DNA of 64,000 nt, from contig OY969801.1 in NCBI GenBank assembly GCA_963703225.1, positions 832,001-896,000 of the forward strand, in the 5' to 3' direction. The position numbers and the translations under genes are program-made. The stretch comes from Candidatus Eiseniibacteriota bacterium (GTDB lineage: Bacteria > Eisenbacteria > RBG-16-71-46 > SZUA-252). Under the pieces are notes generated by a model. It worked only from the letters and a program-made list of their open reading frames with translations, was not told the origin of the DNA and did no database searches. The stretch's first letter is position 1. The number at the start of each line of letters is the position of its first letter. This document shows, in pieces, positions 11,917-20,868 of this stretch.

Positions 11917-14114
11917 AGCAGCTCGCGCTGGACCCTCATTCGGGTGCCATCTCCATCATGGAGTTGGCCAATCCCTCTTTGCGACCAGACGAGGCGCTTG
12001 TGCGGGTTAGATGTTCGGTCGTCTCATCTGGGACCGAGTTGGCAAAGGTGAGCCTTGCTGGCCAGTCCTTGGTGAATAAGGCACGGAGTCGACCGGAACA
12101 GGTCACAAACGTCATCCATAGCGCGCGGATGGATGGAATAGCCGCAACGGTGCGGAAGGTCAAAGAGCGTCTCGGCACTCCGATGCCGCTGGGCTACTCC
12201 TTGGCAGGTGTCGTTGAAGAGTGTGGAGCGGCGTGTGGCGGATTGTGGCCAGGGGCAGCGGTTGCTTGCGCCGGGGCAACCGCCTCGCACGCTGAGATGG
12301 TTGCCGTTCCTTCTATGCTTGTGGTCCCCGTACCGCCAGATGTGGCCCTCGAGGATGCTGCGTACACGACGCTCGGTGCGATCGCCATGCACGGGTTGAG
12401 AACGGGTAACGTTCAGCTAGGTGATCGGGTGCTGATCATTGGCCTTGGCCTCCTGGGCCAGATTGCAACCCGCCTCTGTGTCGCCGCTGGCGCTCACGTG
12501 TTTGGGGTCGATCTGCGCGAAGACAGGGCACAGCTGGCTGTCGACTCTGGGGCGGACGCTGCGCACACCGCGCTCGACTCAGCCACGGCCAGGGCGGTTA
12601 CCGCTTGGAGTGGAGGAAGAGGGGCCGATGTGGTCCTGATCACCGCGGGAGGAACGGACAATTCGCCGTTGGTCCTGGCGGGCGATGCGGCGCGTGACCG
12701 CGCCCGGGTGGTGGTCGTGGGTGCGGTCGAGCTTGCCGTCCCGAGAGAGACGTTCTATCACAAAGAGCTCTCGCTCGTGGTTAGCAGGTCCTACGGCCCC
12801 GGCCGGTACGACCGTGACTATGAGGAACGCGGGATTGCCTATCCAGTGGGCTTCGTCCCCTGGACGGAGCGAAGAAACATGGAGGAGTTCCTGTCCCTCC
12901 TGAGCGCCGCGCGGATCACACTCCAGGGCCTCAAGGGCGAAACGGTGCCATTCGAAGATGCGCCGGCCGCATACCAGCGGCTTTCGGGGCAGAATCCGCC
13001 AATCTCCGTCGTCTTCCGCTACGGGGAGCCCGACTCCTCGCCGAGTACGATCGAGCCTCCTCCCGAACGCACAGAGCTGCTGCCTCATGTACTCACAAGC
13101 AATTGGCGTGACTCCGCGTCGCGTTTCGAGCCAAGACCCCTCCAAGTCAGCTTCGTTGGCGTTGGAAATTTCGCGACAGGCACCCTGCTCCCTGCTATTC
13201 GAGGGGCAAGCGACGCGCTCCTTGTCACTGCCGTAGCCTCGACCCCACTCAAGGCGGAGTCGGTGAAGCGCCGCTGGAAGTTCGCAGCCTCTGGGTCAGA
13301 CCCAAGTGAGGCGTGGTCGGGACACGACACGCAAATCGTGGTCCTCGCGACCCGGCACGATACGCACGCGGCCTTCGCGGAGGCTGCCCTGCGCGCCAAC
13401 AAGGCGGTCTTCGTGGAGAAACCTCTAGCACTTCTCCCAGCGGAATTTGACCGGGTAAAGACAACGCTCGACGCAACCGCGGGGAGGCTCATGGTGGGCT
13501 TCAATAGGCGGTTCGCACCGGCGGTGCGCTGGGCCGTCGATTGCCTTGGGTCCGATCGCGGGAACGCGCGCCTGCTGTTGCGGGTGAACGCCGGGCCACT
13601 CCCTTCGGATCACTGGCTTCTCGACCCTAAGATTGGAGGAGGGAGGCTCCTCGGCGAAGGCTGCCACTTCATCGATCTGGCGTGTTTTCTTGCCGGGTCG
13701 GAACCGGTCGAGGTATTGGCGCGGGGCCGCGACCGGGTTTCTGGCAATGTGCCGAACCAGGATTTTTGCGTTGAGCTGACCTTCGCCAACGGGACGACAG
13801 CCCTCATTGAATACGTCTCCAGCGGAGACCCCACTCTCGGCAAGGAACGTTACGAGATCCACCGGCAGGGAATATCGATCGTCATAGATGATTTCCGACG
13901 AGCGGAATGCCGCCGGTCGGGGAAGGTAAAGAGACACGCATGGGCGGCGCGGGACCGGGGCCACAGGGCCGAAGTACACGAATTTCTTGAGGCTGTGCGA
14001 ACCGGCGCCCCTACTCCCATCCCCGAAGCACAAAGCGTCCTATCGACCGCTCTTACCCTTGCAGCGGCGAGGTCCCTGCGCGAGGGTCGAGCTCTGGGGG
14101 CTGATGCTTGGTGA
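11913..14114 (+). CDS. Bi-domain oxidoreductase (MDR/zinc-binding-type dehydrogenase fused to Gfo/Idh/MocA domain)
   Basis: SSGTE, PLGYS, GLGLLGQ, SRSYGPGRYDRDYEERG in the N-half; GVGNFA, VFVEKPLAL, VGFNRRFAP, GEGCHFID in the C-half. Confidence 0.88.
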   Translation: MKQLALDPHSGAISIMELANPSLRPDEALVRVRCSVVSSGTELAKVSLAGQSLVNKARSRPEQVTNVIHSARMDGIAATVRKVKERLGTPMPLGYSLAGVVEECGAACGGLWPGAAVACAGATASHAEMVAVPSMLVVPVPPDVALEDAAYTTLGAIAMHGLRTGNVQLGDRVLIIGLGLLGQIATRLCVAAGAHVFGVDLREDRAQLAVDSGADAAHTALDSATARAVTAWSGGRGADVVLITAGGTDNSPLVLAGDAARDRARVVVVGAVELAVPRETFYHKELSLVVSRSYGPGRYDRDYEERGIAYPVGFVPWTERRNMEEFLSLLSAARITLQGLKGETVPFEDAPAAYQRLSGQNPPISVVFRYGEPDSSPSTIEPPPERTELLPHVLTSNWRDSASRFEPRPLQVSFVGVGNFATGTLLPAIRGASDALLVTAVASTPLKAESVKRRWKFAASGSDPSEAWSGHDTQIVVLATRHDTHAAFAEAALRANKAVFVEKPLALLPAEFDRVKTTLDATAGRLMVGFNRRFAPAVRWAVDCLGSDRGNARLLLRVNAGPLPSDHWLLDPKIGGGRLLGEGCHFIDLACFLAGSEPVEVLARGRDRVSGNVPNQDFCVELTFANGTTALIEYVSSGDPTLGKERYEIHRQGISIVIDDFRRAECRRSGKVKRHAWAARDRGHRAEVHEFLEAVRTGAPTPIPEAQSVLSTALTLAAARSLREGRALGADAW

Positions 14115-15351
14115 CCTGACCGCTGAGCGGGCGCTCGTCCATACGCTGGAGCGCGCGGAGCGGGCCGGATGGAAGGGAGCCGATCCCTACGACGGGTTGC
14201 TCTCGACCATTGGGGCAGCGGCCATTCCCCTTGGATCGCTGGCTCGGATGGCCCTCCTGCAAACGGTGACGAGGTCTGGGCTAGTTCGCCGGGTCGTCAA
14301 CCCCACGAGATCCACAAATCCGAAGGGTCTGGGACTGTTCCTCGGGTCTGTTTTGAGGGGCCGGGACACCCTGGGCCCTCGTCGCGCGCGAGATCTTGGG
14401 GTGGCGCTCCTGTCCGAGATTGAGTTGGCAGCTAGGAAGGCGCCGCACGGGATCGGTTGGGGGTACCCGTTTCCTTGGCAGTCCAGATTCTTCTATGCGC
14501 CGGCCGGAACATCCAACGCGGTAGTTACCGCCACCGTAGGCTGGCACCTTCTTGATTGGGCTGATGAGATGGCATCGGATCGCGCGAGGTCGCTGGGATT
14601 CGGTGCTGCTCAATTCCTATCGCAATCGTTGGTGCATCAGGAGGCACCTTCCAGTGGAGCCTCAGTCTCCTACATCGAGTCGAGCCGAGACCGCATCGTC
14701 AATGTATCCATGCTGGCGGCCAGACTCCTGATGCGGGTCGGCGCCGACGCCCCACGCCGCCCAAGCCAGGCCGTCACGGCAGCCGAGGCGGCGTTGATGA
14801 GAGCCCAGGCCGACCGGCTCCTTCAATTCGGGCTCTCCCAGCAGCTCCCATCCGGATTTTGGAAGTACGCTGTTGAGGCTCGCGGCAATTGGGTGGACTC
14901 CTACCACATGGGGTTCATCCTGGAGTCGCTTCTCTCCCTCCGTACTCTGGGAGCCCCGGTCCCCAACGCACCTTTGCTCCGGGGACTGAGTGCCTACGCC
15001 TCGTTCTTCGATCCCGACGGCGGGGCACGATACTCAAGTGGGAGCCGGTCCTTTTACGATGCACACTCCGCGGCACAGGGAATCGTCACCTACACTTCCC
15101 TGGCCAGTGACGACGGTATGCCCTCCGCCGCTCGCGAGGATGCCGCGGAGCGGGCTGGCCGGATCGTGGACTGGTCGCTGAGAAATTTGTGGATCTCTCC
15201 AAAAGGCTATTTCGCCTATAGGGTGATTCGTGGTAGGAGGGACGAGCGGGACTACTCCCGATGGGTCCAGGCGTGGATGGCTCTGGCCCTTGGAACCGCA
15301 CTAGGAAAGCCAAGCCAGGCTGAGGTGGTGGAAGCGCAGGAAGCGCGGTAA
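14104..15351 (+). CDS. Uncharacterised polysaccharide-cluster protein, probable (alpha/alpha)-barrel fold
   Basis: GADPYDGL, NPKGLGLF, WGYPFPWQSR, WVDSYHMGF, RWVQAWM motifs of a family I recall from EPS/LPS loci; function unknown. Confidence 0.6.
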   Translation: MLGDLTAERALVHTLERAERAGWKGADPYDGLLSTIGAAAIPLGSLARMALLQTVTRSGLVRRVVNPTRSTNPKGLGLFLGSVLRGRDTLGPRRARDLGVALLSEIELAARKAPHGIGWGYPFPWQSRFFYAPAGTSNAVVTATVGWHLLDWADEMASDRARSLGFGAAQFLSQSLVHQEAPSSGASVSYIESSRDRIVNVSMLAARLLMRVGADAPRRPSQAVTAAEAALMRAQADRLLQFGLSQQLPSGFWKYAVEARGNWVDSYHMGFILESLLSLRTLGAPVPNAPLLRGLSAYASFFDPDGGARYSSGSRSFYDAHSAAQGIVTYTSLASDDGMPSAAREDAAERAGRIVDWSLRNLWISPKGYFAYRVIRGRRDERDYSRWVQAWMALALGTALGKPSQAEVVEAQEAR

Positions 15352-15380
15352 TCCGTCAGGGATTGGCGGGGGGTGGTGGG

Positions 15381-16472
15381 ATGGGGCAGGGGCCCGTCTG
15401 GTTCGACTTTGAGAACACGCCGCACGTCTTGTTTCTGGAGCCGATCATCCGGCGGCTCCACGAGACAGGCCTAGAGACCGTTGCGACAGCGAAGCCTCAG
15501 TCCCAAACCATTGAGCTCGCGGCCGCGCGCGGAATCCCCGTCGATGTCGTAGGCGGCGGAAATCACAAGGGTCGGCTCAGGAAGTTCCTCTACGGTCTTG
15601 GGCGAGCCGCACAGCTCGCTGCTTGGGCCGTCTCCAAGAAACCCCCGCGTCTGCTTGTCTCCAGCTCCAGGACTGCTTCGCTGGCCGCCAGGGCGCTCGG
15701 CATCCCAGCGATCGGTCTCCTCGACTACGAGCATTCCGAATACCGGCCCATTGCCATGGCCTCCAGGCCGGTCCTGATGCCCGATCTCTTTCGCGGAGCG
15801 AATCTTCCGCTCGCGCTCCGTCGGGTGGTCGGGTTTTACGAAGGCCTCAAAGAAAACCTCTACATTGATGATCGCTCTCTAAACCGCGGCGCCTGTCGCG
15901 CGGGTCTTGGCATACACAATGGGGCGTACGTCGTCGTCGCTCGGCCTCCTGCGTGGAACGCTCACTACGCGGAAAGGGCGGATACGAGCGTCGCCCTCTG
16001 GATGCGGGCAGTCCGTCAGTTTCATTCTGTGGATCACACGCGAATCTACTTGGTTCCGAGAGATCGGGAACAGCTCGACTGGCTGAACCGGTCCTTCGGT
16101 TCCTCGGCTGGCGTGCATGTGTTTTCAACGGCTATGGATGGCCCTGCCCTGATCGCTGGCGCGGATTTGGTGATCAGCGGTGGTGGAACGATGAATCGAG
16201 AGGCAGCGGCTCTCGGCGTGCCGGCGTGGAGCGTGTTCACGGGGCGCACACCGCACGTGGACGAGTGTTTGGCGCGAGAGGGGCGGCTGCGCTGGGTGCG
16301 AACCGAAGAGGAGTACGCGGACGCCTGGCGCGCACCACGACCACAACTCCTCCCGAGGAGGGGGCCGTACCCGGCGGGCCTTGAGCGTATCGCCGATGAA
16401 GTCCTTTCGGCGACGGGTGTGGTGGCGGAGAGACAGTCAGAACTGGCAAGCGAGGAGGCACGTCAACTCTAG
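15381..16472 (+). CDS. DUF354 family protein (predicted GT-B fold)
   Basis: VWFDFENTPHVLF, DYEHS, YEGLKE, DLVISGGGTMNREAAALGVPAWSVF. Confidence 0.85.
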   Translation: MGQGPVWFDFENTPHVLFLEPIIRRLHETGLETVATAKPQSQTIELAAARGIPVDVVGGGNHKGRLRKFLYGLGRAAQLAAWAVSKKPPRLLVSSSRTASLAARALGIPAIGLLDYEHSEYRPIAMASRPVLMPDLFRGANLPLALRRVVGFYEGLKENLYIDDRSLNRGACRAGLGIHNGAYVVVARPPAWNAHYAERADTSVALWMRAVRQFHSVDHTRIYLVPRDREQLDWLNRSFGSSAGVHVFSTAMDGPALIAGADLVISGGGTMNREAAALGVPAWSVFTGRTPHVDECLAREGRLRWVRTEEEYADAWRAPRPQLLPRRGPYPAGLERIADEVLSATGVVAERQSELASEEARQL

Positions 16473-16491
16473 CGCCGATTGAGAACCATCA

Positions 16492-18064
16492 GTGGAGGCA
16501 GCTGGGACGCTGCCGGGAGGATCGGAGCTGAAGCCGGAAGGAGCACCGGCTCGCGAGCGCGAGACCGGAAGCATCGAAATCCGACAGCAGCAGGTCGCTG
16601 GGCGTCGCGCTTACGACCCGGCGGCTCGCGAAGCACCCTTCCAGCCCAGGGCCAGGCGGCCCGCCGGGCACAGTGCTCTCGTTTTCGCGACGGTTCTTGG
16701 CGATCTCGCATCCGTGGCGATCGGGACGTTGGCAACCTCCACCCTCCGATACCCAATCGCTGAGACATTCTCATCGCTGCTCACGCCCGAAGGATCGACC
16801 CTTGTTCTTCTAGCTTCCCTAGCGTGGGTTGGCCTCCTCTCCGCCCGCGGGGCCTACTGGCCGAAGGTCACTCTTGGACGCGGTCGCCAGGCCGTTGTCA
16901 TCGTCGGGGCGGGGTTGCCCGCCTGGATCGTCGTCCAGCTCGCTGCATCCTGGCTCAAGGTCACCGTGCCGCTCGACAGCAGGCTGGTCATGGCCCTATC
17001 GCTACCCGCCACCCTGCTGGGCTTGGTGCTGTTCAGGCTGTCCATCGTGCGCCTTGGGGCGCACCAAGTGTATCGCCGGCGCGGTCAAGGGCTTCTCCTA
17101 GCTTTGAGCGCTTCCGACCCGTTTGCTCGGGGGGCGAGCAGCCCGTGGGCCCCGCATTTCCGTGGCAGGGTGGTCGTGCACCAGTACCTGGGTCCTCTCA
17201 GTCCCGGTCGTGCGCAGTCGCTTGTGGCCGAATATGAAGCAGAAGAAGTACTGCTGGAAACGGGTGTCCTTCCAGGAGCGGACACTCTGCAGATCGCCTT
17301 CGCGTGTCTGGATGCAGGGGCCGAGGTTCAGCTCGTACCTGCGGAGGGCCGCGCATCCGGGCGTGGACTCTCCGAGGATCGGGTCGGCGCGCTGCCGATG
17401 CTGCACCTCCGACGATTCGACCTAGCAGGTCCAGAGGTCATCTTCAAACGAATGGCGGACGTCGTTGGGTCGACGCTTGGCCTCTTGCTTCTCTCGCCCT
17501 TGTTTGCCGCGCTCGCGCTTGCGGTCAAGATCAACTCATCCGGCCCGGTCATTTACACGTCGGAGAGAATCGGCAAGCGCGGCCGGAGATTTCGGATGTT
17601 CAAGTTCCGAACGATGTTCCACGGGAACGACTCGAGGGAATATGAGAAGTACCTCGGTTCTTTATCCGGCAGGGAAGACCGGCGGTTGTCACGGCGGACG
17701 GGACGCACATCTACAAGCCGCCCACATGATCCGCGCGTCACCGCGGTCGGGGCTTGGCTCCGGAGGCTCTCCCTGGACGAGCTCCCACAGCTGCTTCAAC
17801 ACCCTTCTTGGCAGAATGAGCCTCGTCGGTCCTCGGCCGTGCCTGCCGTATGAGTGGGAGCTGTATGCGCCGTGGCAGCGGCGACGCCTCGATGTGACGC
17901 CCGGCTGCACAGGGCTGTGGCAGGTGAAAGGGAGGAGTCGGGTTCGATTCGAAGACATGGTGATACTCGACCTCTACTACGCGCATCACGGAACTCTTCT
18001 GAGCGACTTGCGGCTGATGGCTCAGACTATCCCCGTCATGGCGCAGGGACGCGGAGCGTACTGA
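16492..18064 (+). CDS. Priming undecaprenyl-phosphate sugar transferase (WbaP/WcaJ type); frameshifted
   Basis: N-terminal TM helices; KRMADVVGS, FRMFKFRTM, DPRVTAVGAWLRRLSLDELPQL, then GRMSLVGPRP, PGCTGLWQVKGRS, LDLYY in ORF 17465..18064. Confidence 0.92.
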
Positions 18065-18082
18065 GAGGCGGGCACCCGCCTC
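18065..18082. terminator. Short perfect hairpin between convergent gene ends
   Basis: GAGGCGGG-CA-CCCGCCTC directly after the sugar transferase stop. No U-tract, so terminator function is uncertain. Confidence 0.35.
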
Positions 18083-18173
18083 ACCCACTCCACCCTCCCG
18101 CCGACGAGGAACGGCGTCTCGTTCGTTGAGGACCCGGGGATGTGATCCAGGTTCTCGATCGAAACCGTTCCGA
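18081..18173 (-). pseudogene. Orphan 3-prime end of a Wzi-like gene (diverged copy of 20846-20938)
   Basis: Translates GTVSIENLDHIPGSSTNETPFLVGGRVEW versus GTASIENLDHILAPAESETPFRVSGKVAW at the end of the 20846..22423 gene. DNA aligns colinearly with one extra C before the stop. Confidence 0.85.
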
Positions 18174-18178
18174 TCGAT

Positions 18179-18310
18179 GTGAAGTCGATTCCCGATGGGA
18201 TGGTGGCCGCCGGAAACCCTGCCGAAGTCCTCAAGAAGATTGAGGATCTCAAGTGTTATCCCGGCTTCTTTGAACGCCCCTACGTCTGGGAGCCATACCA
18301 GAAGGGCTAG
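18179..18310 (+). pseudogene. Orphan 3-prime end of a hexapeptide-repeat (LbH) acyltransferase gene
   Basis: My translation: VKSIPDGMVAAGNPAEVLKKIEDLKCYPGFFERPYVWEPYQKG-stop. KSIP...AGNPA is the typical LbH acetyltransferase C-terminus. In-frame stop upstream at 18143, so there is no full gene. Confidence 0.75.
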
Positions 18311-18450
18311 CGCCTCCCGCCACGCACTCCAGAGCGATGCGCGTCCGTCGAAGCTCGAACCGGCGCCATGCAGTATCACAACCGAATCATAGGATTAGCC
18401 TAGCTGATTCATCATAGCTACAATCTCTCCGTCACCACACCGGAGGGACT

Positions 18451-19410
18451 GTGCAGACGAACAGCGCGAAGTGGCTTCTCCTCATCCACCAAATCCCCGC
18501 GAAGCCTGACTACCTACGCGTGAAGGTCGGGCGCGAATTGCGCCAGCTTGGTGCCGTGGCGATCAAGAACTCGGTCTACGTGGTGCCGGCGGCTCCAGGG
18601 ATGCGAAAGGCGCTCGCGGACTTTTCCCGGGAGGTCCTCCAGCGCGGCGGGGAGGCGGCCGTCTGCGAGGCTCACTTTATTGAGGGCCTCGCCGATGGCG
18701 CGGTGGAGGACCTATTCCGCAAGGCGAGCGACGCGGAGTACTCCAAGCTCGCCGAGGAAGCGAGGGGTCTGGCCTCTGAGATGCGGGGCAGGCGGGCGGC
18801 CAACGACGCGGCCCGGCGAGCGGCGGCGCGGAAATTGGAACGGCTACGCCTGCGGTTCGACGAAATCGTCTCGAGGGATCCCTTTGACGCGCGAGGGCGA
18901 GCGGCCGCGGCGAGCGCAATTTCCCTGGCCGAGGATCGGGTCGAGGGAGTCGACGTGGGAGCGAAGGGGGGCGCCGGCGATCTGGAGCCGCCTCGGGGCG
19001 CCACCTGGGTGACGCGCACGGGCGTCATGGTGGATCGAATCGGGAGTGCCTGGCTCATTCGCCGGTTCATCGACCCGAAAGCCGAGTTCAAGTTCGTCTC
19101 CGCCCGCGGCTACAAACCCGTTCCGGGCGAGATCCGCTTCGACATGACCGGCGCGGAATTCACGCATCGGGACCACCTCTGCACTTTCGAGGTGCTGGTG
19201 GAGCGATTCCGGCTGCGGGATTCGGCTCTCAAGCCACTCGCCGAGATCGTCCACGACCTCGATTTGGAGGATGAGAAATATCGCCGACCGGAAGCCGCCG
19301 GGGTGGAGCGGATGATCGTGGGACTGGCCATCGCGGAGAAGAGCGATGAGGTGCGGCTCCGCCAAGGGGCCGCGGTGTTCGAAAACCTCTATGAGTCCTT
19401 TCGCAGGTGA
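18451..19410 (+). CDS. chrB: Chromate resistance regulator ChrB
   Basis: N-domain WLLLIHQIP...LRVKVGRELRQLGAVAIKNSVYV; C-domain TWVTR..VDRIGSAWLIRRFIDP, FDM..AEFTHRDHLCTFE, IVHDLDL. Confidence 0.9.
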   Translation: MQTNSAKWLLLIHQIPAKPDYLRVKVGRELRQLGAVAIKNSVYVVPAAPGMRKALADFSREVLQRGGEAAVCEAHFIEGLADGAVEDLFRKASDAEYSKLAEEARGLASEMRGRRAANDAARRAAARKLERLRLRFDEIVSRDPFDARGRAAAASAISLAEDRVEGVDVGAKGGAGDLEPPRGATWVTRTGVMVDRIGSAWLIRRFIDPKAEFKFVSARGYKPVPGEIRFDMTGAEFTHRDHLCTFEVLVERFRLRDSALKPLAEIVHDLDLEDEKYRRPEAAGVERMIVGLAIAEKSDEVRLRQGAAVFENLYESFRR

Positions 19411-19453
19411 GGTTGTTGCGACTGGGTCGAGGCAAACGGAGGAGGGAAGCGCG

Positions 19454-19915
19454 ATGAAATGGGTAACGAGAGAGAACGTGCAGGTGGATCGAGTGGCATG
19501 CCCGTGGCTGATCAAGAAGTTCGTAGATCCGAAGGCTGAATTCCTGTTCGTGCCGGCGGACCAGGTCATGGCCGTGGCGGAGCGCGAGAAGGCGATCCCG
19601 TACGATGTGAAGGGCGTCGAGCTAGGCCATCATGGGAAGGAGTGCTCGTTCGATGCGATCGTCAAGAAGCACGGCCTGACGTCCGACCCGGCGCTGGTGC
19701 TGCTGGCCCGGATCGTGAACGGAGCCGACACGGACAACACGCTCTGGAACCAGCCAGAATCGGCCGGGCTGAGGGCGGTCGCCAAGGGCTTTCGCGGTCT
19801 TGGCTTCAAGAACGACCACGAGCTGAACGCCGCCGAATGGATCGTCTACGACGCGCTCTACGCCTACTGCGGGAAGATGGTGGAGGAGGGGAAGCTGGAG
19901 GGCGCGGCGAGGTGA
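19454..19915 (+). CDS. Stand-alone ChrB C-terminal domain protein (ChrF-like)
   Basis: MKWVTRENVQVDRVACPWLIKKFVDP, GHHGKECSFDAI, IVNGADT, VYDALYAYC; GGAGG RBS. Confidence 0.88.
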   Translation: MKWVTRENVQVDRVACPWLIKKFVDPKAEFLFVPADQVMAVAEREKAIPYDVKGVELGHHGKECSFDAIVKKHGLTSDPALVLLARIVNGADTDNTLWNQPESAGLRAVAKGFRGLGFKNDHELNAAEWIVYDALYAYCGKMVEEGKLEGAAR

Positions 19916-20868
19916 GTTCGGTCTTGGGGGCGGACGGTTCTCTGACGCGCGTCGGCTACATCGATCTACCGGAGCACATCGGGCAGGGCGGTTTCGATCA
20001 CGCGGCGGTCGATCGAGGCCGCGCCCTGCTCTACGTGGCGCACACGGCCAACGATGCGGTGGACGTTGTCGACACGCGGGCGGGCACCTACGTGCGGTCC
20101 ATGATCGGCCTCAAGGAGGTCGCGGGGGCGGCGGTGGACGAGCCGTCGGGCTTGGTCTTTACCTCGAACCGCGGTGAAGATACGGTTGGCATCTACTCAC
20201 CCGATTCGGCTGGCACAATCGAAAAGGTCGCGGTCGGCCACAGGCCCAATGGTCTCGCCTATGATCCCGGCCGCGGAATCCTCCTTTCCGCAAACGTGGG
20301 GAACGCGAAAACCGGCCGCCCGCCCAGCGTCACCCTGGTGGATGTCCCCGCGCGGTCGGCGGTGGTGACGATCCCCATGCCGGGTCGAACCCGCTGGGCG
20401 ATCTTCGACCCCAACCGCGGGGTCTTCTTCGTCAACATCGCGGACCCGCCGCAGATCGTCGAGATCGATCCGCGGGCGTCCGGCGAGGTGTCGCGCGCTC
20501 TCGGCGTGCCTGCCCGCGGGCCCCATGGCCTGGATCTCGACTCGACACGGCAGCGTCTCTATTGCGCGTGTGATGATGGGACCCTGGTGAGCCTCAGCTC
20601 GCGATCGGGGGAGGTGCTCGATACTCTCAGCCTGAGCGGTGCGCCCGACGTCGTATTCCTGAATCGCGCGCTGGCGCACCTCTACGTGGCGATCGGCGAC
20701 CCCGGCGTCATCGACGTGATCGACGTCGCCTCGTGGAAGCGAGTAGACGTGGTCCCCACGGAGGCCGGCGCGCATACGATCGCGCTCGATGAAGGCGGGA
20801 ATCAGGTCTACGCCTTCCTGCCGCGGACGCACCGGGCGTCCGTTTTCACCACGCCACCTTCCCGCTGA
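19912..20868 (+). CDS. YncE/YVTN-type beta-propeller protein
   Basis: GFDHAAVD, LYVAH, VFTSNRGED, PNGLAYDP, PHGLDLD, GAHTIALD repeats; GTGA overlap with the upstream gene. Confidence 0.82.
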   Translation: MSSVLGADGSLTRVGYIDLPEHIGQGGFDHAAVDRGRALLYVAHTANDAVDVVDTRAGTYVRSMIGLKEVAGAAVDEPSGLVFTSNRGEDTVGIYSPDSAGTIEKVAVGHRPNGLAYDPGRGILLSANVGNAKTGRPPSVTLVDVPARSAVVTIPMPGRTRWAIFDPNRGVFFVNIADPPQIVEIDPRASGEVSRALGVPARGPHGLDLDSTRQRLYCACDDGTLVSLSSRSGEVLDTLSLSGAPDVVFLNRALAHLYVAIGDPGVIDVIDVASWKRVDVVPTEAGAHTIALDEGGNQVYAFLPRTHRASVFTTPPSR

